The notes beneath the pieces were generated by a model. It made no database searches. It saw nothing but the letters and a program-made list of their open reading frames with translations, and was not told where the DNA came from. DNA of 34,227 bases from the IMG/VR virus record IMGVR_UViG_3300002461_000302, positions 1-34,227 of that record. One strand, given 5' to 3'. Below, piece after piece: positions 6,738 through 13,719 of this stretch; position 1 is the first letter of the stretch, and every line of letters begins with the position of its first letter. This stretch comes from a virus. Position numbers and translations under genes: made by a program.

Positions 6738-7514
6738 ATGTCACAAGCAACCCTTGAGCGCCCAGCCGCCACAAAGCCAGCGGGCAAAAGAAACAGCCCC
6801 GCCGCCGATCCGCGCGGGAAAATGATTTTTCAACTGTCGGAGCTGCTGGCTGGCATCGTCGCCATGGTCGAGGACGAAATGGGGGATTGTGTGGGCCGCG
6901 TGCTGGAAGTTGCCGGCGGTTACGTGCGCCGTGCGCTGGGCGAATTTGTGGAAAGTGACTCGGACACCAGTTACCACACCATGCTGGACGCGGACAGTTT
7001 CATCCAGGCGGCCGGCGCGCTGGTGGCGCAGGAGTACAACGTCAGCAGCAAGGGCCACAAGGGGCGCACCAATGCCGCGGAAACGCTGGTTATGCAGTCT
7101 GACGCCATTGTCAACGCCATGGACCAGCGGCTGACCGACATTACCGGCGGCAAGGTGGCGGCCATCGCAGAGCCGGACGAAGTGGCGGCGCCCGCAGGGG
7201 CTGACCCTGCAGCAGAGCCTGACGCGCCCGGGGTATTCCTGACCACAGAGGCGGCGCACCTGGTCAGCAATTGCACTTACCAGATTGAAACCCTGATTTT
7301 GATAATGCAGGACATGGCCCGCCGCGCCGATGACGACACCACGGGCGTGAATTTGCCCATCGTCGTGCAGGCCTTGGGGGTCCGCATCGAACAGCTGAAC
7401 CAGTGCATCACGGACACGGTTTACCCCAGCCCCAACGGTCCCAGCCTTGCGGACGTGCGGGACAAAGCACAAGGACAGGCGCCGCGCTTGATGCAGATCA
7501 AACAAGCCGCGTAA
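6738..7514 (+). CDS. Hypothetical early-left protein (258 aa, acidic)
   Basis: AAAGGA RBS and balanced composition. The equally long antisense ORF 6741-7523 looks like a shadow frame. Confidence 0.65.
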   Translation: MSQATLERPAATKPAGKRNSPAADPRGKMIFQLSELLAGIVAMVEDEMGDCVGRVLEVAGGYVRRALGEFVESDSDTSYHTMLDADSFIQAAGALVAQEYNVSSKGHKGRTNAAETLVMQSDAIVNAMDQRLTDITGGKVAAIAEPDEVAAPAGADPAAEPDAPGVFLTTEAAHLVSNCTYQIETLILIMQDMARRADDDTTGVNLPIVVQALGVRIEQLNQCITDTVYPSPNGPSLADVRDKAQGQAPRLMQIKQAA

Positions 7515-7606
7515 ATACTTCACGAAAGCCGGCGGGGGAAACCCTTGTAAGGGCGATCACGTAGATAGAAACACTTTCGCCTTAATCCAAAGGGCGGCCT
7601 ACCGTA

Positions 7607-7638
7607 CAGACGGAAGCCGCACCAGACGGTAAGCGCAC
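7607..7638. repeat. Tandem 16-bp direct repeat in the 157-bp intergenic region upstream of 7672
   Basis: CAGACGGAAGCCGCAC (7607-7622) is followed directly by CAGACGGTAAGCGCAC (7623-7638), 13/16 identical. The palindrome AAAACGTTTT and T-runs follow. Confidence 0.7.
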
Positions 7639-7671
7639 ATTTTTGCAAAACGTTTTTTTCAGGGATTCACT

Positions 7672-8262
7672 ATGTCAGCCACTGCAACAACATCAAAGCA
7701 GCCAGCCAGCACCCCCGCACTTGAGTGCAGGCAATTCCCTTTCCATACCGTTTATGAGGGCTCCGCCCAGCAGCTGGTGGCCTTCGGCGTTCTGCCGGAT
7801 GGGTACAAATTCCCGGCGCGCGGCAAGGACCATAAATTCATCGCCGGTAACGGGTTTGAATACACCGTTGACCGGGACTGGCACACTCCGATCTATACCG
7901 TATTTGTGGGCATCCCGGACTCCGCCCTTTTCCCGGCCCAGGTGCTGGCCGTTATCAAGGGGATTCACCGCCTGTTTCTGTCCCTACCTGGGGAGCCCCT
8001 GCAGCTGGTCAACGTGCAGCGCGGCGATAGCGACAAGATAGAAAACCTGCGGCTCACCATCACCGGCCCGCGCGTTAGCCGCGGCACAGTCTTCTACTCG
8101 CTGGCCTCCGTCATGGAGCTGTACGCGCAGGAGGAAATTCTGGCCTCTGGCACGGTCAAGAGCCCGGCCGGCTACCTGCACTCGCTGCCCTCCCCGATCG
8201 CTGCGCCTGCGGCCCGCCCAGCCCTGCGGCGCGCCCTTCCCCGGCTTCTCGCTGCCGCCTGA
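7672..8262 (+). CDS. Hypothetical protein (196 aa) upstream of xis
   Basis: ORF with an AGGGA 6 nt upstream. Its stop overlaps the xis-like start (TGATG). Confidence 0.6.
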   Translation: MSATATTSKQPASTPALECRQFPFHTVYEGSAQQLVAFGVLPDGYKFPARGKDHKFIAGNGFEYTVDRDWHTPIYTVFVGIPDSALFPAQVLAVIKGIHRLFLSLPGEPLQLVNVQRGDSDKIENLRLTITGPRVSRGTVFYSLASVMELYAQEEILASGTVKSPAGYLHSLPSPIAAPAARPALRRALPRLLAAA

Positions 8263-8657
8263 TGTCACACCCAGCAACCAGGCGCGGCCTGCCCTACGCG
8301 GAGGCCATGGCATACGTTGGCGTCAAGCGGCGGACCTTCGATGAAAAATGGCGTCCGCGCCTGGTCGGCATCCCGCAAGGGGTCAGCCTGATTTTTGACG
8401 TTCAGGATCTGGACCGGCTTTTCGAGGAATTCAAAACCCAGGCGGCCGGCGGGCCTGCTGCCAATGACCATGCACCGATGGCGCACAATGGCCCCCGGAA
8501 CGGTCGGCCCGCACAAAAGAAAGGTAGTAAACCATGGGCCAAAACACACGGGGAATCCTCCCCGACAAGGACGGTTGGCAGGTCGATAAATGGAAGTGGA
8601 AAAAGCGCTTTCGACAGCGCGGTTTCCGCAGTTTTGCCGAAGCGGAGGGCTGGCTAA
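8262..8657 (+). CDS. xis: Excisionase-like small DNA-binding protein
   Basis: The N-terminal 60 aa (LPYAEAMAYVGVKRRTFDEKW...IFDVQDLDRLFE) resemble the excisionase/AlpA-type HTH. Lies immediately upstream of int. The low-complexity tail overlaps int by 124 nt in another frame. Confidence 0.5.
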   Translation: MSHPATRRGLPYAEAMAYVGVKRRTFDEKWRPRLVGIPQGVSLIFDVQDLDRLFEEFKTQAAGGPAANDHAPMAHNGPRNGRPAQKKGSKPWAKTHGESSPTRTVGRSINGSGKSAFDSAVSAVLPKRRAG

Positions 8658-9712
8658 TTCAGGAGCTCGAGGCCCACCAAAAGGTGGCGCTGCTGGGTGC
8701 CCGGGTTATCCGGACTTTTGACGATGCAGCCGCCCACTATCTGCGCACCAACCCGGACAAGCCTTCACTGGTAACGGAGGCGTATTTGCTGAAATCGATC
8801 ATGCCCTTTATTGGTCCCCTCGAGCTCCACCAGGTCCACGACAGCACGCTGGCGCCGTACATCACGGCACGGCTGGCAGAGGGTCGCGCGCACAAAACCA
8901 TAAATCTGGCGCTGGGCGTGGTCCGTCGAATCCTGAACTTGGCCAGCACGGCATGGCGGGACGATGACGGGCGGACGTGGCTGGATAAGGCGGCGGCAAT
9001 CACCATGCTGCCCCTGGTCGGCCACCAGCGGGAACCTCGGCCAATTACCTGGGCCCAGCAGCGGCTGCTGCTGCCGCGGCTGCCGGACCACTTGGCGCGC
9101 ATGTCCTTGTTCATCCTGAACAGCGGCGTGCGTGATGATGTGGCCTGCAGCCTGCGCTGGGATTGGGAGATAAAAATCCCGGAGCTGGGGTGTTCGGTGT
9201 TCGAGGTGCCACGGGCGCACGTCAAGGGGCGGCGCCGCGTGCGGATCGTGGTTTGCAACAGCGTGGCGCAGTCGGTCATTGATGCGGCCCGGGGACATCA
9301 TCCGGAATTCGTTTTCGTCTATCGCAGGGAACGGGTCAAGAACCTGGACCAGGCGCCGGCTATGGCTTACCAGCCGATTGCCAGGATGAACAACAGCGGA
9401 TGGCGCACCGGCCGCACGGCGGCGGGCCTGGGTGATTTGCACGTTCACGATCTGCGGCACACGGTAGGGATGCGCCTGCGGGAAGCCGGCATTGCAGACG
9501 GCACGATTGCCGATCTGCTTTGGCACAGCACGCCCTCTATGACGCACCACTACAGCGTGGCGCAGATTGTGGAACTGCACAGCGCCCTGGAGAAAATCAA
9601 GGCGGACAGCGGCGCTTGGAATAAGAGCCTGCACACGTTGAGGCTCGAACAATCGGGGATGCCGGCGGCGGCCACTCCCCCAAAAGTCCCCGCGGAAAGA
9701 AAAATAGCCTAG
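8534..9712 (+). CDS. int: Tyrosine recombinase (phage integrase)
   Basis: 392 aa. Catalytic signature visible: SGVRDDV (Arg), HVHDLRHT (HxxR), MTHHYS (Tyr). N-terminal arm-binding-like segment GILPDKDGWQVDKW...FRSFAEAEGWL. Adjacent to attP. Confidence 0.9.
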   Translation: MGQNTRGILPDKDGWQVDKWKWKKRFRQRGFRSFAEAEGWLIQELEAHQKVALLGARVIRTFDDAAAHYLRTNPDKPSLVTEAYLLKSIMPFIGPLELHQVHDSTLAPYITARLAEGRAHKTINLALGVVRRILNLASTAWRDDDGRTWLDKAAAITMLPLVGHQREPRPITWAQQRLLLPRLPDHLARMSLFILNSGVRDDVACSLRWDWEIKIPELGCSVFEVPRAHVKGRRRVRIVVCNSVAQSVIDAARGHHPEFVFVYRRERVKNLDQAPAMAYQPIARMNNSGWRTGRTAAGLGDLHVHDLRHTVGMRLREAGIADGTIADLLWHSTPSMTHHYSVAQIVELHSALEKIKADSGAWNKSLHTLRLEQSGMPAAATPPKVPAERKIA

Positions 9713-9753
9713 AGGGGTCAGCCTCTAAGCTATTGAAAACACTCAGAAAAGTG

Positions 9754-9798
9754 TGGTGCGGCTGGCAGGAATTGAACCCACGACCCCTTGGTTCGTAG
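9754..9798 (-). other. attP core: 3'-terminal 45 nt of a tRNA-Arg(ACG) gene, from the anticodon loop to CCA
   Basis: The minus strand reads CTACGAACCAAGGGGTCGTGGGTTCAATTCCTGCCAGCCGCACCA. This gives the anticodon loop CU-ACG-AA, the variable loop, the T arm, the 3' acceptor strand and CCA, and closely parallels E. coli tRNA-Arg(ACG). No matching 5' half is present. Flanked by the 7-bp inverted repeats CAGAAAA (9744-9750) and TTTTCTG (9799-9805). Confidence 0.8.
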
Positions 9799-10004
9799 TT
9801 TTCTGCTCGCCGCTAAGTTGTTGATTTATATGGAAGATGGGCCGGCCGTTCCACTTGCTTGTGCCCTGTAGTGTTCAGACCAGCATGGACCAATCCCCCA
9901 AAACTCCCCATGGCACCTTTGGGAATTAATCACAGAGCCGCGGTAAAAAATGGTGCTATGTTGAATGGGTGTGATACTTGGTCCCCAGAAGTTAAGGGCG
10001 AATA

Positions 10005-10187
10005 ATGAAAGTCGAATCGGTTTTTTTGTGGGCATGGCGCAGTGCGCTGCTGCTGCTCCTGGTGTTTATCGGCCACCAGCTGCAAGAAGTACGCACCGCA
10101 ATGCGGACCAGTGATACCTCCATGTCCGTCTGGCAAATGACCCTTGATTTACAGGCCATTCGCAAGGCGTTGGCGCCAGAAAAATGA
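10005..10187 (+). CDS. Candidate moron: 60-aa protein with an N-terminal TM/signal-like helix, in a low-GC island next to attP
   Basis: AAGGG is about 8 nt upstream of the ATG. Hydrophobic segment SVFLWAWRSALLLLLVFIG. Possible extended -10 (TGCTATGTT, 9954-9962). Opposite orientation to the lysis genes. Confidence 0.35.
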   Translation: MKVESVFLWAWRSALLLLLVFIGHQLQEVRTAMRTSDTSMSVWQMTLDLQAIRKALAPEK

Positions 10188-10197
10188 CTGCGCGTTT

Positions 10198-10719
10198 TCA
10201 GCGTTTTGGCGTCAAGGAATCGTAGGAGCGTTCGCAGGTTGCGCCGGCAATCCCGCGTTCATCAGCAATTTTTGCCAGAATTCCCGCTCGGGCGTCAATG
10301 CTTGCAAGCACGTCGGCAAGCACTCCGGCGGGGTCTTGGGCTGGCGTCCCTCCGGTGCCAGTGCTGGCACTGCCGCGGGCTTCACTGGCTCGCTTTGCAG
10401 CGGCTTGGGCTGCGTCCCGCAGGCCGGTAGCAGCACGGTTAGCACGCACAAGGTCAGCAGCAAGCCGATCCAGCTTTGATTTTGCTTCGAGAATTGCATT
10501 GTCTTTTTCCAGGTTACGGCGGTTTTCCTCTTCACGCTGCGCGCTTTCCGCCTTGGCGCGCATGCGTTCTGCCTCGGCCCTGGTGTCGGCCCATGCGGCG
10601 CGCGCCTCGGCGAAGTCGGTTTTCTCGCTGGACAGGCGCACGGTTTGCACGCCGGCCGTGGCGATGGCCAGGGCGGCAACCCCGCCGGCTATCCAGGTGG
10701 TCATCGGGAGGGGGATCAT
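10198..10719 (-). CDS. i-spanin (Rz-like)
   Basis: 173 aa from the ATG at 10719 (ATGA overlap with the upstream ORF). N-terminal TM (TTWIAGGVAALAIATAGV), then a charged coiled-coil-like region. Contains the embedded o-spanin frame. Confidence 0.75.
   Translation of the reverse strand: MIPLPMTTWIAGGVAALAIATAGVQTVRLSSEKTDFAEARAAWADTRAEAERMRAKAESAQREEENRRNLEKDNAILEAKSKLDRLAADLVRANRAATGLRDAAQAAAKRASEARGSASTGTGGTPAQDPAGVLADVLASIDARAGILAKIADERGIAGATCERSYDSLTPKR
10212..10499 (-). CDS. o-spanin (Rz1-like lipoprotein), fully embedded in the i-spanin gene in another frame
   Basis: 95 aa. Signal peptide plus lipobox (LLTLCVLTVLLPAC) followed by a Pro-rich mature part. Confidence 0.75.
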   Translation of the reverse strand: MQFSKQNQSWIGLLLTLCVLTVLLPACGTQPKPLQSEPVKPAAVPALAPEGRQPKTPPECLPTCLQALTPEREFWQKLLMNAGLPAQPANAPTIP

Positions 10720-10859
10720 TTGCGGTTCCTCAAGATGCACCAGGCGGCCAGGGCAAAAACCAAAAATATTCCCATTGTCATGAGCGGCAGCCACTGAATC
10801 AGCCAGCCGACCAGCCCCACGTCCATGTGGCCGCGCTGCCGGGACCGGCGGGCGATCAT
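10716..10859 (-). CDS. Small (47 aa) single-TM lysis-cassette protein (antiholin/pinholin-like or lysis regulator candidate)
   Basis: ATGA-coupled to the endolysin stop and the i-spanin start. Basic N-terminus, then the TM LVGWLIQWLPLMTMGIFLVFALAAWCIL. Confidence 0.5.
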   Translation of the reverse strand: MIARRSRQRGHMDVGLVGWLIQWLPLMTMGIFLVFALAAWCILRNRK

Positions 10860-11269
10860 GGGTAAAAAACCCGGTTGCCGGACCCGGGCGCCTTGATAGT
10901 CCAATGGCTCCAGCCGTTGGTGGCGCTGGGGTGTTCGATGTAAATCCCGTGCGCCGCCATCCTGTCTTTGTTCAACATGCACCAGGCATCAATATGCCCC
11001 TTGGGGTCATACCGATCAACGGCCAGTCCTTCCTTGTGGCTACTGTTGGGCGCGCCCTGGGGGCAATCCTGCGGGCGGAACCCGCCGAAAGCTTTCCCGC
11101 TGACCCCGCTGCCGGTGGCCGGGTTGTCGGGGAATTCGATGCCGTCGGCAATGGCCTCCACCTCGAGCGCCACACACGCGGCCAGCAGCTTGGTGGCGTT
11201 CTGCTCACGCGCAGGCGTCCAGTCCTTGCTGTCACGGTGCGGGCCCACGTATTGCGTCAGGGTAATCAT
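10856..11269 (-). CDS. Endolysin, M15-family (VanY/L-Ala-D-Glu peptidase-like) zinc peptidase
   Basis: 137 aa. Zn-binding-type motif SSHKEGLAVD and a later HW...H-type segment (IEHPSATNGWSHW). Positioned between holin and spanins. Confidence 0.75.
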   Translation of the reverse strand: MITLTQYVGPHRDSKDWTPAREQNATKLLAACVALEVEAIADGIEFPDNPATGSGVSGKAFGGFRPQDCPQGAPNSSHKEGLAVDRYDPKGHIDAWCMLNKDRMAAHGIYIEHPSATNGWSHWTIKAPGSGNRVFYP

Positions 11270-11691
11270 GCGTCCGGCCCCTTTCCCTGCGCCTTGTTGA
11301 CGCGCTCGATCAGCTCGTCCATCGTCTGCAGGGGTTTGGTCCGCCAGCGTTTCAGCAGCACAGCCAGGCCGCCGGCAACAAACCAGCCCACGGCGCCGAC
11401 AAAGCCGTCCACGGCCGTGTGGTGCGAGCGCTTGCCATCGTTCAGGAAGGAAAACAGATTGAACGACTGCAGGAAGTCGAACAGGACATCCCCGAAAAGG
11501 TAGCTTGCAGCGAATGCCACAAAGGCCCGCGCGAACAGCTGGCCTTTTGTCTTGGGCGGATCCACCGCGATCATGAGCGCAGCGCCCACGGCCGCCGGGA
11601 AGAACTTGGCCAGGATGACGGCCAAGCCCCCGGCTTCGGTGGCTTGGGCGGAATTTTCAAACATGCGCATGGGGCTTTCTGATGTGTTCAT
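11266..11691 (-). CDS. Holin candidate (multi-TM)
   Basis: 141 aa from the ATG at 11691 (ATGA overlap upstream). Three to four hydrophobic helices and a charged C-terminus. Lies immediately upstream of the endolysin. Confidence 0.6.
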   Translation of the reverse strand: MNTSESPMRMFENSAQATEAGGLAVILAKFFPAAVGAALMIAVDPPKTKGQLFARAFVAFAASYLFGDVLFDFLQSFNLFSFLNDGKRSHHTAVDGFVGAVGWFVAGGLAVLLKRWRTKPLQTMDELIERVNKAQGKGPDA

Positions 11692-12071
11692 CGGTGGATG
11701 CCATCGGGGTGTTTGGTGTCGTACCACTTGAGGTAGTCGTTCTGAATTTTTGCGCAGCGGTCAAACCGCTTTCCGCTGCCGGCCGCGGCATGCCTGTTCA
11801 GGCGGGCGGTGACAATCCACTCCTTTGGCAGCTCCCACAGGTAAATGGTCATCCACACCACGTTGACGATCACGTCAAACACATAGCCGCGCAGCAGCAT
11901 GTAAGTGCCCAAAATCGTGGCGGGCTTTGTCAGACCCTGCCCGGGCAAGTCGCGCACACGGGCCAGGTTCATCAAAGCCCAAAAGTGTTCGATCAAACTC
12001 CACGGCGCAGTAAGCACCAGCAGCGTGAACAGGAACAGCTCGATCCAGAGGGTGAATTCAAGAATGCTCAT
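11688..12071 (-). CDS. Membrane protein of unknown function (127 aa) preceding the holin
   Basis: Trimmed to the ATG at 12071 (ATGA overlap). N-terminal TM (FTLWIELFLFTLLVLTAPW) and a second hydrophobic segment. Confidence 0.5.
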   Translation of the reverse strand: MSILEFTLWIELFLFTLLVLTAPWSLIEHFWALMNLARVRDLPGQGLTKPATILGTYMLLRGYVFDVIVNVVWMTIYLWELPKEWIVTARLNRHAAAGSGKRFDRCAKIQNDYLKWYDTKHPDGIHR

Positions 12072-12445
12072 GGTTCGTCCTCGATGTTTTCGATTGCGGT
12101 TTCCGCGTCCTTGCACTCGCGGTAGGTCTTGTTTCGGGCATACAGGCCCATGATGGCCAGCTGGAGGGTTACGCTGTACTGTGTTGCGAGCATGGGCGCG
12201 GCCACCATTTCAGCGAACTGGATTACCTGCTGGATCAGCGTGCGGTCCTTGCCCTTTCCCGTGGTGGCCAGGACGTGGGCGATGCGTTCGGCTTTCGTCT
12301 GCGGACGAGGCGCCCAGACCGCGCCGGTCCATGTGTCATCGCCTGCGGCTGGTGCCGGGGTTTCGATGGCGCCATTTGGCGGCGTCGCCCCATCGAAGGC
12401 GCCCAGATAGATGCCGTCCGGACTAGCGTAGTGCTTGGCGGTCAT
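12068..12445 (-). CDS. Possible tail fiber assembly/chaperone-like protein (125 aa)
   Basis: Trimmed to the ATG at 12445 (ATGA overlap with the fiber stop). Position and an N-terminal YASPDGIYLGAFDG...P pattern are reminiscent of Tfa-type proteins. Weak. Confidence 0.4.
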   Translation of the reverse strand: MTAKHYASPDGIYLGAFDGATPPNGAIETPAPAAGDDTWTGAVWAPRPQTKAERIAHVLATTGKGKDRTLIQQVIQFAEMVAAPMLATQYSVTLQLAIMGLYARNKTYRECKDAETAIENIEDEP

Positions 12446-13680
12446 GGGAACGCTTCGACAATCAATGCCCAATTGGCGAATGTGGTGTTTATGATGGCTC
12501 CGCCCGTCTTCGGCACCAAAGCGTGCGTACCCGTTGAATTGAATGCGATCACGATGTTGGTGGCGTCCATACGCGGCGTGAAGCCAACCGGCGTTGAGTC
12601 TGCTCGGTTCCACATGGGGTTGATTTGAACCACGTCCCCGATGCTGTACCCGTTTTCAGCAGTGAGGCACTTAAGCTTGTAGGTCACGATGGCTGGTTCA
12701 ACTCCTAGCCCGTGCGCAAGTGTCAACGTGCCGCCGCCAACCCACGTTTGATTGGCGCTTTTGTATCGGCTGGGGCGCGAAAGCCCGACTAGTTCGACCA
12801 CGTTTGCAGCCGTGGCCCGCAGCATGCCGCTGACACCAGCGGCCAGCACCACATCGCCGCCGGTGTTGGTCACAATGTTGGCATTGTTCGTAAGGGTCGA
12901 AGCGCCGCTGGCCACAAAGCGGACGACTCGACCGGCCGCGATGGTAAAACCAGTCATCACCAGCGAGCCAGTTAGACGAATGTCATCGGAGTCTGGTGCT
13001 GCCGTGGTCAGATTCACCGTCCCCGCCACGCTGGCTACGTCGATTCGAGTAGCACGCGGCGCGGCGCCGATGTCGGCCAGTGTTTGCACTGGCGTGCGGG
13101 TCTCGTAACCGCTCTCGTCAGCCTTGACGCGCAGGAGGTGCAGCGCTTTGCCGGTCAACGCTGGCAGGCCGGTCGATGCCGCGCTGGCGGCGGCTGCCGC
13201 TGCTGCCGCGGTTGCTGTAGCAGCGTCTGTGTCGGCCGCTGCTGCAGCAGAAACAGCGGTCGCAGCTGAGTCTACAAGTTGGTCAATCAGGTCCTGCGGG
13301 TCAATGCCGGATCCGATAGGCACAAGTATGGCGCGGGAAATTTCTTCCCCAACCTCCTGAATCGACATCCAGGTCCGGTCGATGTCTGCGTTTACCGTGG
13401 AGGCATTGAAGTCGCCCAGCTGCTGGTAATCGTTGACGCGGGATTTTGGGATGATGCGCTGGAGCTCGACAACCTCACCGCCGACCATCGGCGCGGTAAA
13501 GGTGACATCCAGGCCGGAGGGTGCGCCCAGGGCGGACAGGGTAAAGCCGCTGGTGACAATTACGGTATTAACCCGGACTTGCAGGTCCCCCGCCAGCACC
13601 ACGCGGAACGTGGTCGGGAATACAGTCGCGCCGGGTGCGGCTGTATATTTTTTGTAGGGTGTCTGGACGGGTACTGACAT
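12442..13680 (-). CDS. Tail fiber with a T7 gp17-like N-terminal adaptor region
   Basis: 412 aa. N-terminal pattern (YKKYTAAPGATVFPTTFRVVLAGDLQVRVN...) typical of podovirus fiber N-domains. Ala-rich coiled linker and a beta-rich C-terminus. Follows terL. Confidence 0.7.
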   Translation of the reverse strand: MSVPVQTPYKKYTAAPGATVFPTTFRVVLAGDLQVRVNTVIVTSGFTLSALGAPSGLDVTFTAPMVGGEVVELQRIIPKSRVNDYQQLGDFNASTVNADIDRTWMSIQEVGEEISRAILVPIGSGIDPQDLIDQLVDSAATAVSAAAAADTDAATATAAAAAAAASAASTGLPALTGKALHLLRVKADESGYETRTPVQTLADIGAAPRATRIDVASVAGTVNLTTAAPDSDDIRLTGSLVMTGFTIAAGRVVRFVASGASTLTNNANIVTNTGGDVVLAAGVSGMLRATAANVVELVGLSRPSRYKSANQTWVGGGTLTLAHGLGVEPAIVTYKLKCLTAENGYSIGDVVQINPMWNRADSTPVGFTPRMDATNIVIAFNSTGTHALVPKTGGAIINTTFANWALIVEAFP

Positions 13681-13719
13681 GGCGGCCTTTGCGTAGTGCG
13701 CGCGGGCCGCGCTGGGTGT

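Noticed and set aside
6741-7523. 260-aa minus-strand ORF mirroring the plus-strand gene 6738-7514
   Set aside because: Arg/His/Gly-rich composition with many Cys. It breaks the plus-strand operon logic, whereas the plus-strand product has a balanced acidic composition and an RBS.
8765-9652. 295-aa minus-strand ORF inside the integrase gene
   Set aside because: The plus-strand frame carries the R...HxxR...Y tyrosine recombinase signature. The minus-strand frame is a shadow.
9754-9830. Possible complete tRNA gene
   Set aside because: Only the 3' 45 nt (anticodon loop to CCA) fit a tRNA. The upstream sequence cannot form the anticodon stem, D arm or 5' acceptor strand. It is an attP core, not a functional tRNA.
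13140-13260. GC-rich triplet-repeat DNA as a possible tandem-repeat or CRISPR-like array (also 29700-29960)
   Set aside because: These are degenerate GCN/GGN codon runs encoding poly-Ala and Ala/Gly tracts inside the tail fiber and scaffold genes. There is no repeat-spacer periodicity.
12442-13680. Diversity-generating retroelement acting on the tail fiber (as in Bordetella phage BPP-1)
   Set aside because: No reverse transcriptase ORF exists anywhere in the window. I could not find any template/variable repeat pair matching the fiber 3' end.
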